A DNA stretch of 64,000 nt. Source: Eledone cirrhosa. Taxonomy: Eukaryota. Under the pieces are notes generated by a model. That model was given only the letters and a program-made list of their open reading frames with translations, was not told where the DNA came from and searched no databases. Position numbers and translations under genes: made by a program. Shown here piece after piece: positions 30,303 to 43,461 of this stretch. The stretch is taken from positions 40,982,001-41,046,000 of the forward strand of contig OZ024742.1 of assembly GCA_964016885.1 (NCBI GenBank), written 5' to 3'. Each line of letters starts with the position of its first letter. Position 1 is the first letter of the stretch.

Positions 30303-30384
30303 ACTTCCAACTAATTAGTTTCTGAAATGGAATAAATATATTTTCCGAAGAAGATACAGAGAAGCATTCCGTCGTCAGGGAAGT
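30303..30384 (-). ncRNA. Type I hammerhead ribozyme (522-bp family, copy 1)
   Basis: ACTTCC-CTGACGA-cGGAATG..CATTTCa-GAAAC-TAATTA-GTT-GGAAGT; 6-bp stem I; palindromic stem III AACTAATTAGTT. Confidence 0.85.
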
Positions 30385-30824
30385 CTATTCTCATCTAAGT
30401 ATCCAGGCAAAGCGTGGACACTGGAAACTTATTAAAAAATAATTCAGTGGATAGAAAATAGCAAAGCGTGGACTGAATTCCTAGCCATTGAAAAAATCAC
30501 TGCCTCTGCGTCGGTGGCAAATTCAAAAAGAATCAATCACGTGACATCGAGGTCAATCAGTGGAAAGTGGTTTGCTAATAAGACAGCGGCTTGCCTGCTA
30601 CCATAGCAGCAGTCATGGCCAATATTGCTCGACAAATAATTTGGAGATAATTATAAAGAATTAATATCTAGTAACATATATATACATACAGATGCATATC
30701 AATGCTAGCAAATATATAGGTTTTGTCTTAGTAACTTTGTGGTTCAATGCATGGGGTTGCAGAACAATAATATGAGAGACGTAAAATAAGAAAATTATAA
30801 AATTAACTTACTTACTAAAATACC

Positions 30825-30906
30825 ACTTCCAACTAATTAGTTTCTGGAATGGAATAAATATATTTTCCGAAGAAGATACAGAGAAGCATTCCGTCGTCAG
30901 GAAAGT
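30825..30906 (-). ncRNA. Type I hammerhead ribozyme (522-bp family, copy 2)
   Basis: ACTTTC-CTGACGA-cGGAATG..CATTCCa-GAAAC-TAATTA-GTT-GGAAGT. Confidence 0.85.
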
Positions 30907-30959
30907 CTATTCTCATCTAAGTATCCAGGCAAAGCGTGGACACTGGAAACTTATTAAAA

Positions 30960-31010
<51 letters not shown>

Positions 31011-31016
<6 letters not shown>

Positions 31017-31045
31017 GGAAAAAATGAAACGAATTTTCATTCCTC
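31011..31045 (-). mobile_element. 3'-terminal stub of the 422-bp HHR family in a TA tract
   Basis: ATAAACGGAAAAAATGAAACGAATTTTCATT matches the termini at 39636, 41248 and 55213. Confidence 0.75.
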
Positions 31046-31816
31046 ATATACATACTTATATTTATATATATATACATGTATATATATATATAACATACAT
31101 TCATACATATACACATACATATACACATATATATACACATATATATATATACATATATAAAGAAAAAAAGATGAAATCGAAAATGCAACTGGAAAAAAAT
31201 ATATATATTATTTGGTTCCTTATATTTGGTTCCTTTAACCACAGAGATCAGTAATTTAGAATCCTCGCTCATCATCTATAATTTCCATTTGGGGCACCTT
31301 ACGATGGGTTAATCCACCATAATAATATGATCACCTTCAGCATAACTTAATTAAACTACTCTATAGTTAATACACTTTATGCTTTAAAAATTTTTTTGGA
31401 GGATGCGCATCACCATAGAAATTAGGGTCTATATTGTGACACATTTTAATAGCTAGGTATAGAAACCCCGGAGTTACCTCCCCGCATGCATTAACTCCCC
31501 TTAGCCACACACACACTTCCGGGTGGTATTCAATGGCGTTTCTCGAAACGTAACAGCCTCCTGTATTGAACTAAAGAACACCAGACTACGATCTCTAACT
31601 GGATTGTCAAACGCTCAATATCGAATTGTCGTGGATTATGTGAGGGGCATATAATCGAAAAATACACTCCCCCTGACCATGATAATGTCGAAGTACATGA
31701 AATACTTGACATCCCTTCGCTGTGCATCTCCAATACTTTTAACACTTTTAATGCTTGCACTATTTTTAATGCTTATAACATTTCTCCACACACAGACTAT
31801 ATCAATCATATAAAGA

Positions 31817-32413
31817 ATTTGCCACCAGATCTACCAACCTAACACTCTTGTTTACCTACCTAAGTGCTTCTACCACACATATCTCTCTGCCACACTATAT
31901 AAACAAGACGCACATGCGTGCCACACATATAACATTTGCACTATATAACCGCTTGTCTTCATGTTGTATTTTAACCTGTATTTTTGATTTTTGATTGTAC
32001 CTCTTAATATAAATGTAATCTCGAAGTGTGTACTGCCACTCTAAATTCTGTAATGAATGTTGACCCACAATGTTTGAATATGTATCAATGTTTGAATATG
32101 TATCGGTATGTCTCTCGGCTGAAAAGGAGGTCATATAACTGTCCATGCATTAATAAATTGCTCCGAAGAATCCAAACCTCGGTTTGGAGGAAACAGCTGT
32201 AAGCACAATAATGTTTTGAACAGTTCTTTGATTCTTATATTTCATATAACTGCTCTGTAAATCATCTGATGTTTTTACATTGAGCTACTTAACTTACTGG
32301 TAATAAGGTAGTAATACATTACTGCCTACCACTATTTAGGGTGTGTGTAAAATACTTATAACTGCATAAGGTTTTGTATTTACATAACCAGAAATAGTAT
32401 AACTAATACTATA
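31817..32413 (+). mobile_element. PLE-like pseudo-LTR (CCGAAGA-hammerhead family)
   Basis: Near-identical to 41748-42178, and in reverse to 41563-41746 and 42316-42582; ends in (TA)n; may extend upstream to ~31500. Confidence 0.8.
32159..32205 (+). ncRNA. Minimal type I hammerhead with CCGAAGA core variant
   Basis: TGCT-CCGAAGA-aTCCAAACC tc GGTTTGGAg-GAAAC-AGCT-GTA-AGCA. Confidence 0.8.
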
Positions 32414-32415
32414 TT

Positions 32416-32450
<35 letters not shown>

Positions 32451-32639
32451 AAGTATTTTACATATGTTTTTATACACACATACACAGACACACAGACACA
32501 CAGACACACACAACTCTACATGCACGATTCTATACACCATAATACCATAATACCATAATACAATCCCAGATGACGGAAGTTCTGTTTAATAGAAGTCCAA
32601 TGCTGTACGGTTAACTGGCCAGACGAATGAATTAAACAG

Positions 32640-32710
<71 letters not shown>

Positions 32711-32760
32711 CTCCCTCTCTCTCTCTCCCCCCCCTCCCTCTCTCTCTCTCTCTCTCTCTC
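32640..32760. repeat. (CT)n microsatellite
   Basis: Direct reading. Confidence 0.95.
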
Positions 32761-32924
32761 TGATATTCATCAATGGGAAATTTACAGAATAAAACAAAAT
32801 TAAAATAAAATACAAATACAGAATACAAAATGTCGGCGATGAGTTTTTATTGGATAAAACATGGTTTAAATACCCGTATGTAACGACGATGGCCCTACCA
32901 TTCCTCCAGAAGTTAACGGCTCAC

Positions 32925-34820
32925 GGTGTAGTATGGTATGGTATGGTGTTGCATGGCATGGTATGGTATGGCATGGTGTGGTATGGTATGGTATGGTGTA
33001 GCATGGTATGGTATGGTATGGTATGGTATAGTGTAGCATGGCATGGTATGGTATGGTGTAGCATGGCATGGTATGGTATGGTATGGTGTAGCATGGCATG
33101 GTATGGTGTAGAATGGCATGGTATGGTAGTGTATGGTGTAGCATGGTATGGTATGGTATGGTATGGTATGGTATGGTGTAGCATGGCATGGTATGGTGTA
33201 GCATGGCATGGTATGGTATGGTGTAGCATGGCATGGTGTAGAATGGCATGGTATGGTATGGTGTAGCATGGTATGGTATGGTGTAACATCGCATGGTATG
33301 GTATAGTGTAGCATGGCATGGTATGGTGTAGCATGGTATGGTATGGTATGGTATAGTGTAGCATGGCATGGTATGGTATAGAATGGCATGGTATGCTGTA
33401 GCATGGTATGGTATGGTATGGTGTGGTATGGTATGGTGTAGTATGGTATGGTGTAGCATGGCATGGTATGGTGTAGCATGGTATGGTATGATGTAGCATG
33501 GCAAAGTATGGTATGGTATGGAATGGTATGGAATGGTATGGCAAAGAATGGTATGGTATGGAATTGTATGGTATGGAATGGTATGCTATGGTATGGTATG
33601 GTATCATATGGTATCATATGATGTGGTTAAAAATGGTATGGTATGGAATGGTATGGTATTATATGGTATGGCATGGTATGATATGGTAAAAAATGGTATG
33701 GTATGGAAAGGTATGGTATTATATGGTATGGCATGGTATGGTATGATATGGTAAAAAATGGTATGGTATGGAAAGGTATGGTATTATATGGTATGGCATG
33801 GTATGATATGGTAAAAAATGGTATGGTATGGAATGGTATGGCATGGTATGGCATGTATGGTATGGCACGGTATGGTATGGCATGGTATGGCATGGTATGG
33901 TATGGTATGGCATGGCATGGTATGGTATAGCATGGTACGGCATGGTATGATATGGTATGTTATGGCATGGTATTGTATGGCATGGTATGGTGTGGTATGG
34001 TATGACATGGTATGGTATCGCATGGTATGGTATGGCATGGTATGGTATGGTATGGCATGGTATGGTATAGCATGGTATGGCATGGTATGGCATGGTATGG
34101 TATGGTTTGGCATGGTATGGTATGACATGGTAAGGTATGGTATGGCATGACATAGCATGGTACGGTATGGCATAGCATGGCATATGGTATGGCATGGTAT
34201 GGTATGGCATGGCATGCTATGGTATGACATGGTATGGCATGGTATGGTATGACATGGTATGGTATGGCATGGTATGGCATGGTATGGTATGACATTGTAT
34301 GACATGGTATGGTATGGTATGGTATGGTATGACATGGTATGGCATGGTATGGTATGACATGGTATGGTATAGCATGGTAAGGTATGGTATGGCATGACAT
34401 AGCATGGTACGGTATGGCATGGCATGCTATGGTATGGCATGGTATGGTATGGCATAGCATGGCATGGTATGGTATGACATGGTATGACATGGTATGGCAT
34501 GGTATGGTATGGCATGGTATGACATGGTATGGTATGGCATGGAATGGCATGGTAAGGTATGGTATGGCATGACATAGCATGGTACGGTATGGCATAGCAT
34601 GGTATGGTATTGTATGGTATGGCATAGCATGGTGTAGCATGGTATTGCATGGCATGGTATTGTATGGTATGGCGTGGCATGGTGTAGCATGGTATTGTAT
34701 GGCATGGTATGGTATGGCGTGGCATGGTGTAGCATGGTATTGTATGGCATGGTATTGTATGGTATGGCATAGCATGATGTAGCATGGTATTGTATGGCAT
34801 GGTATTGTATGGTATGGCAT
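32925..34820 (+). repeat. Pentamer satellite (ATGGT/ATGGC)n, ~1.9 kb, with variant sub-domains
   Basis: Tandem ATGGT/ATGGC with GTAGC, GGAAT, GACAT and ATTGT variants; explains the MVWYG/YHTIP ORFs. Confidence 0.97.
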
Positions 34821-35483
34821 ATACACTAGTCTGAAAATGTTTGAAAGAAAATTTGAGTGACCAGAGTTGGTCTAACCCAGTGTCGGATGTCCATTCAATG
34901 TCCATTTAATGGAATCAAACATTGAGATTGATATGAACGTCTGGCTAGGAGTCACAATAGCAGACGCACCTAAGCTGTACCGTTGTCCAAACGTTAGATT
35001 GTCTTTGTTGGTAGGTGGCCCCGGATAGTTATGTATCGATATGGAAGGGAGCAAAATACCGTCAGGGCTGTTTCACTGACTGATGAGACATCGACTCCTG
35101 CATTCTGGGACGGAATATAGAAGTAACCTCGGCCCACAAAGATTTACCCCCAAATATTTATAATATAATATAAGATAAGATAAGATAAGATCCCAGTTTA
35201 AATGTCTTTGTTGCGAAGAGTTTTCTGATTATAGGACTGAGTATTTTGTGCACGACAGAGTATATGGTACTACTGGTCACCATAACTTGACAGAAACCAA
35301 ATACTGAGGCCGGTTGTTGCTGGCGAAGTTCGTCCTCTGAGTACCAGCATAGTAGGTTGGTAGTAATCTGGATTTTATTCAACCGCGTAATTGTATTTCA
35401 TGTGGCAAGGTTTTGGCTAGTTTAGGATTGTTGTGTTGTGTTTTTAGGAATGATTGTATGAAAACAAATTGTAATATAATATA

Positions 35484-35656
35484 ATTGTTTCTACTTTTGG
35501 CACAAGGCCAGCAATTATCCCAGTACATTACTGGTACTTTATTTTATCGACCCTGAAAGGCAAAGTTAACCTCGGCGGGATTTGAACTCAAACTATAAAG
35601 GGCCGTAACTCTTTGCTGCAAAGCATGACGTCAGACCTTCTACCGATACTGCCAAT
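35484..35656 (-). mobile_element. Deu/Nin-domain SINE
   Basis: Similar to 27916-28105. Confidence 0.8.
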
Positions 35657-35669
35657 GTAATAATATAAC

Positions 35670-36367
35670 GCAGGTGGCTCCACACACGTTTTGTACCACT
35701 GTATATTCATTTTCTTACCGACCAACCTTAACTTTCCGACATGGCAGACAAGACCACCAATGGGAACTCCAGCACCGAATGTTCTGTGTAAAATACTACT
35801 ATAAGTGTGGTTTGTACAAGCAGGTCCAAGAGCAATTTCATGCATTTTTTGGAATGGACAAATTACTCTTCATAGTCAATATACCAAACTCCAATGAGTC
35901 ACAAGAATGGCTGAAAAATAACTTTGGGAATCGTGTGGTTATTTTGAACACTGATTTTGTGTGGGCCCGGCACAACCCTGATTTAAGCCACCCGGATTTC
36001 TTTCATTGGGACTAGCTGAAATTTAGGGTGTATGTCAACAAACCTAGGACCATCACTGGACTAAAGGAAAATATCAGGGAGGAGGTCTGAGTCATCCCTA
36101 GGTCTGTTTGTAAAGACATTATGCTAAACTTCACCATACGCCTCAAAAGATTCATGGATTAAAATGGAGGATTACTTGGAATATGTGTTGTATTTCTTGA
36201 CAGAAACATTAGAAGATGGTGATTTCTTTATATGTTGTTTTAATGGTTTGCGCTAAATTTGTTTAAAAATGAATAATGTAGACAAATATAAAAATAGGGT
36301 CAATTTGGTTTTGTTTTTGTTTTATTTTATTTATTTTTTTTTTTTTTTTTTTTTTTAGTCACCCTGT
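35670..36367 (+). mobile_element. Internally deleted Tc1/mariner DNA transposon (transposase pseudogene)
   Basis: N-terminal WELQHRMFCVKYYYKCG..VQEQF (DUF4817-like HTH) joined to C-terminal WARHNPDLSHPDFFHWD*LKFRVYVNKPRTITGLKENIREE (WPxxSPDLxPxDF motif); right end TCACCCTG. Confidence 0.8.
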
Positions 36368-36369
36368 TT

Positions 36370-36582
36370 TTGGTCTGATCTGATTTGATCTTTTATAATC
36401 TGATCTGAAAAGTGTTTAGTAACTTTAGGTTGGCTTCGGCTGTCCAGACTGCTCTAGCTTAATCTGGTTTGGTCCAGTCTGGTTTTAATCTGGTATAATC
36501 CGGCCTTCTCTAATCTTATCTGATTTTGTCCAGTCTGATAGTGATCTGGTCTCATCTGGTCTCATCTGGTCTCATCTGGTCT
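36370..36582. repeat. Degenerate (TCTGA/TCTGG)n pentamer tract
   Basis: Direct reading. Confidence 0.7.
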
Positions 36583-36797
36583 AAAAAAATTATTGAAGAA
36601 TGAAGAAAAACCTTTTGTTTTAATTATGTTCATTATTATTATCGTCATCATTATCATCATCATCATTATCATTAGTATTGTTGTGGAGGGAGGGGTTATG
36701 GTTGATTTGGTTGGTGGACTTTGATTCCTCATGATGACAGCGAATTAACACAACCACTCTTTTGTAATTATTCTAACATACCATTAATGTTACGATT

Positions 36798-36931
<134 letters not shown>

Positions 36932-37099
36932 CCGATCCTCTTTTCGTGACAAAACTTGCTTTTGCTAATATTGAATTTTTATAAATCACTTTAAACAGAA
37001 GAATGTATTTTTGTTGGTATTTTGTTGGTAATTTTTTTTTTTTTTAGTGTGGTGGCTTCAATTAGCTTCAAAAGCTTGCACAAAGTATTATGAAAGAAC

Positions 37100-37230
37100 G
37101 TAGCTTAGTGGTTGGAGTGTTCGACTCATGACCGTAATGTTGTGAAACTGATTCCCGGATCGGGCGGCGTGTAGTGTCCTTGAGCAAGACACTTTATTTT
37201 ATGTTGATCCAGTCAACTCAGTTGGAAAAA
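37100..37230 (+). mobile_element. tRNA-derived SINE (5' part)
   Basis: A-box TAGCTTAGTGG, degenerate B-box GATTCC, then GTGTCCTTGAGCAAGACACTT (V/Meta-SINE-like domain). Confidence 0.75.
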
Positions 37231-37680
37231 TAATATATATATATATACACATATATATGTATACATATATATATATGTACATATATATATATACATATAT
37301 ATGTATATGTATATATACATATATGTGTATATATACATATATAAATATATATATATAATATATTTATAGTATATTGCTCTGATTGTTTAATTTATTAATT
37401 CATCATTGAGCAACATCGTGGATGGTTGCCAAAAACACATATATATCTATGACTTTGTCTAGTTTGTGTATATGTAAATCTTTATATTTGATAATCTCCC
37501 TTAAGGTTGAGATGCAATTTAGGCAGTATTAGGCTGCGCTTTCTAGCAACCAGCCCACTCACCGTAAGGCACCAATCACATTCTTTCTGACTTGACCACT
37601 GCCACGTCACAGTTCTTAGCCATTTTGAATTCGTTTCTGGCGGGGATCATTTAAGAAAAATCTTCGTCCAAGTGAGTTTG

Positions 37681-37761
37681 TTTTCTGATGAGTTCGAAGC
37701 TCCAGAATTTATCCTTGCTAGGATATTTCCGAAAGCGAACGAAACCCTAAAGGGTAGAAAA
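37681..37761 (+). ncRNA. Type I hammerhead ribozyme, canonical core, conventional stem III
   Basis: TTTT-CTGATGA-GTTCG..(extended)..CGAAC-GAAAC-CC TAAA GG-GTA-GAAA; lies in a TA-flanked unique block ~37365-38055. Confidence 0.88.
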
Positions 37762-37960
37762 GTAATCCTGGTATGTGTATATAAATTTTTTCTTCTAACT
37801 TTAATTTTATACCTAATTGTGTATGGTTGACGATATATTTAATCGAGTTCCACGTGCTATTGAAATGCTGGGTAAATATTCTATGGCTGTTGATCGCGAA
37901 TAGATGGCTGTCGTTTATTTATCTATTATTTCTTCACAGGTGCCTTTTAATCTTATAGCC

Positions 37961-38054
37961 TGGTTTAATTGGTTTTTTGTGTGGTTGATTATGCTAATTG
38001 GAAGAGGAAATGGAGTATATATCTTATCAAAGGATTCTATGGACATAATATATA

Positions 38055-38128
<74 letters not shown>

Positions 38129-38222
38129 TATATATTATGTCCATAGAATCCTTTGATAAGATATATACTCCATTTCCTCTTCCAATTAGCATAATCAACC
38201 ACACAAAAAAGCAATTAAACCA
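37961..38222. repeat. Inverted repeat, 95-bp arms around a (TA)n centre
   Basis: 37961-38055 vs 38128-38222, one mismatch seen. Confidence 0.95.
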
Positions 38223-39362
<1,140 letters not shown>

Positions 39363-39406
39363 ACATATATATGTATACATATATATGTATATATACATAT
39401 ATATAA

Positions 39407-39511
<105 letters not shown>

Positions 39512-39540
39512 TACATATATATGTATATATATATATATCA

Positions 39541-39579
<39 letters not shown>

Positions 39580-39904
39580 CATATATATGTATACATAAAT
39601 GCATACATATATATGTATACATAAACGGAAAAACGATAAACGGAAAAAATGAAACGATATTTCATTTCCCACTCTTAGTACGGCTGTTACTTAAATATAA
39701 GTATGTACACGTACATACATATATGTATACCGACGTACAGTAGTATGTATATATATATATACATACATGCACACATATATATATGCACGTATGGATTCAC
39801 CGAACATTTATTATAATGCTCGGTGTGTTTGTAAACAAACATCCCGTATTAAGCCGTAGTGTCTAGCAACCACCGTTGCTCGTTTGTTCAACACTGACAA
39901 AGGA

Positions 39905-39947
39905 ACGCTGTACTAGTTTCAAGCTTGTTAGCTATCGTCAGCAACGT
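39905..39947 (-). ncRNA. Minimal type I hammerhead (422-bp family)
   Basis: Reverse complement of the 40515 motif. Confidence 0.88.
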
Positions 39948-40514
39948 ATACCTTCCTGCCAGATTGTTGAACGTATATACTTACCTTATGCATATTAACG
40001 GCTGAGTAGCCCAATATGCATATCGAGTGGGTTAATCGGCCGGGTGCACCGAAAACGATAAACGGAAAAAATGAAACGATATTTCATTTCCCACTCTTAG
40101 TACGGCTGTTACTTAAATATAAGTATGTACACGTAGATACATATATGTATACCGACGTACAGTAGTATGTATATATATATATGCATACATGCACACATAT
40201 ATATATGCACGTATGGATTCACCGAACATTTATTATAATGCTCGGTGTGTTTGTAAACAAACATCCCGTATTAAGCCGTATATATATATATACATACTAC
40301 TGTACGTCGGTATACATATATGTATGTACGTGTACATACTTATATTTAAGTAACAGCCGTACTAAGAGTGGGAAATGAAATATCGTTTCATTTTTTCCGT
40401 TTATCGTTTTCGGTGCACCCGGCCGATTAACCCACGCGATATGCATATTGGGCTACTCAGCCGTTAATATGCATAAGGTAAGTATATACGTTCAACAATC
40501 TGGCAGGAAGGTAT

Positions 40515-40557
40515 ACGTTGCTGACGATAGCTAACAAGCTTGAAACTAGTACAGCGT
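40515..40557 (+). ncRNA. Minimal type I hammerhead (422-bp family)
   Basis: ACGTTG-CTGACGA-tAGCT AACA AGCTt-GAAAC-TA-GTA-CAGCGT; palindrome ACTAGT replaces stem III. Confidence 0.9.
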
Positions 40558-40936
40558 TCCTTTGTCAGTGTTGAACAAACGAGCAACGGTGGTTGCTAGA
40601 CACTACGGCTTAATACGGGATGTTTGTTTACAAACACACCGAGCATTATAATAAATGGTCGGTGAATCCATACGTGCATATATATATGTGTGCATGTATG
40701 TATATATATATATACATACTACTGTACGTCGGTATACATATATGTATGTACGTGTACATACTTATATTTAAGTAACAGCCGTACTAAGAGTGGGAAATGA
40801 AATATCGTTTCATTTTTTCCGTTTATCGTTTTCGGTGCACCCGGCCGATTAACCCACTCGATATGCATATTGGGCTACTCAGCCGTTAATATGCATAAGG
40901 TAAGTATATACGTTCAACAATCTGGCAGGAAGATAT

Positions 40937-40979
40937 ACGTTGCTGACGATAGCTAACAAGCTTGAAACTAGTACAGCGT
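40937..40979 (+). ncRNA. Minimal type I hammerhead (422-bp family)
   Basis: Identical to the 40515 motif, 422 bp downstream. Confidence 0.9.
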
Positions 40980-41387
40980 TCCTTTGTCAGTGTTGAACAA
41001 ACGAGCAACGGTGGTTGCTAGACACTACGGCTTAATACGGGATGTTTGTTTACAAACACACCGAGCATTATAATAAATGTTCGGTGAATCCATACGTGCA
41101 TATATATATGTGTGCATGTATGTATATATATATATATACATACTACTGTACGTCGGTATACATATATGTATGTACGTGTACATACTTATATTTAAGTAAC
41201 AGCCGTACTAAGAGTGGGAAATGAAATATCGTTTCATTTTTTCCGTTTATATATATATATATACATATATATGTATACATATGTATATATATATATATAT
41301 ACATATATATGTATACATATATATATATATATATATATGTGTATACATATGTATATATATATATATATTATTTATACATATATATGT

Positions 41388-41449
<62 letters not shown>

Positions 41450-41562
41450 ACGTATATATGTATATATATATATATATATATGTATACATATATATATATA
41501 TATATATATATGTATACATATATATATATATATAAATATATGTATATATATATATATATATA

Positions 41563-42581
<1,019 letters not shown>

Positions 42582-42582
<1 letters not shown>

Positions 42583-43441
42583 TATATCAAATATCTCAAA
42601 GAACTCTGTCATCCCATCAGGTGTAATGACTTGGGCTTTGGTGTTGGTGTAGAGCAGTGATATCAGGTCCACTACCTTCTTATCGGATGCTGAATTTGCC
42701 GACGAAATAGTTTTGGTGACAAATACAGTGGAGGAGCCAGAGGATTTGATGCAGGAAGTTGAGACTGTGTCGATGAGTGTGGGGCTGAGAATGAATGAGA
42801 CTAAGACAAAATGTCTGGTAGAGAATGTTGAGAAGCCAGAGGGGATTACTAATATAGGCGGGAAGCCGCTGGAATTAGTTGAGGACTTCCTGTATTTGGG
42901 AGCAAAGATTGGGAATACGGAAGATGATGTGGTTGAGAGGAAGAGCAAAGCCTGGGTGGCGTGCCACAGCTTGAGATCGGTGTGGAAGTCTGACCTTCGT
43001 AAAGACCTGAAGATCCGCCTCTTCATTGCTGTAGTGGAGTCTGTGCTGCTGTACGGGTCTGAGACTTGGACACTGACCAAGAAACTCACTCAGATGGTGG
43101 ATGGGTGCTACATGAGAATGCTGAGGATGGCTCTGAACATTAATCAGAGGATGAAAAACTCAGAGCTGTATAGGAGCCTCTCAAAAGTCAGCTCAAAAGT
43201 AACATAGAGGAGACTGAGGTTAGCTGGACATGCTCACCGACATCCAGAGTTGACACTGCACTCAGTGCTCCTGTGGGAGCCCCTGCATGGACACACTGGA
43301 AGAGGAAGACCAAGGTTAACATATGTTGATGCCCTAAGGACAGACACTGGTCTGTTGGAGACGCAGGACATGGCAGCGATAATGAGGGACAGAGACCGCT
43401 GGAGAGAACTCGTCCACGGATCTCGGGAATTTTACCCGCCC
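42582..43441 (+). mobile_element. 5'-truncated RTE-clade LINE (RT C-terminal part), decayed
   Basis: EFADEIVL, GLRMNETKTK, VEDFLYLGA, KIRLFIAVVESVLLYGSETWTLTK, LAGHAHRH, GRGRPRLTYVD, RDRWRELV; in-frame stops. Confidence 0.92.
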
Positions 43442-43461
43442 TAGATAGATAGATAGATAGA

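Larger units (their letters stand above)
30131..30960 (-). mobile_element. 522-bp tandem unit (1.6 copies) carrying a hammerhead; TA-flanked
   Basis: 30131-30438 repeated at 30653-30960 (offset 522); (TA)n on both sides. Confidence 0.9.
39622..41248. mobile_element. Retrozyme-like 422-bp repeat locus: ~1.5 units minus (39622-40279) head-to-head with ~2.3 units plus (40280-41248)
   Basis: Period 422-424 (GGAAATGAAATATCG at 40371, 40793, 41217; reverse copies 422 bp apart at ~39651 and ~40073); one HHR per unit; no ORF. Confidence 0.92.

Noticed and set aside
31895-32146. 83-aa ORF MDSYMTSF... present three times (also 41825, 42415)
   Set aside because: Antisense to the HHR strand of a repeated pseudo-LTR; identity reflects recent copying; no recognisable domain.
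32850-34905. MVWYG / YHTIP repeat ORFs
   Set aside because: Translations of the pentamer satellite.
35079-35130. CTGATGA motif (also 26267; minus-strand CTGAAGA near 19345 and 56503)
   Set aside because: No matching stem II-GAAA-NUH-stem I architecture.
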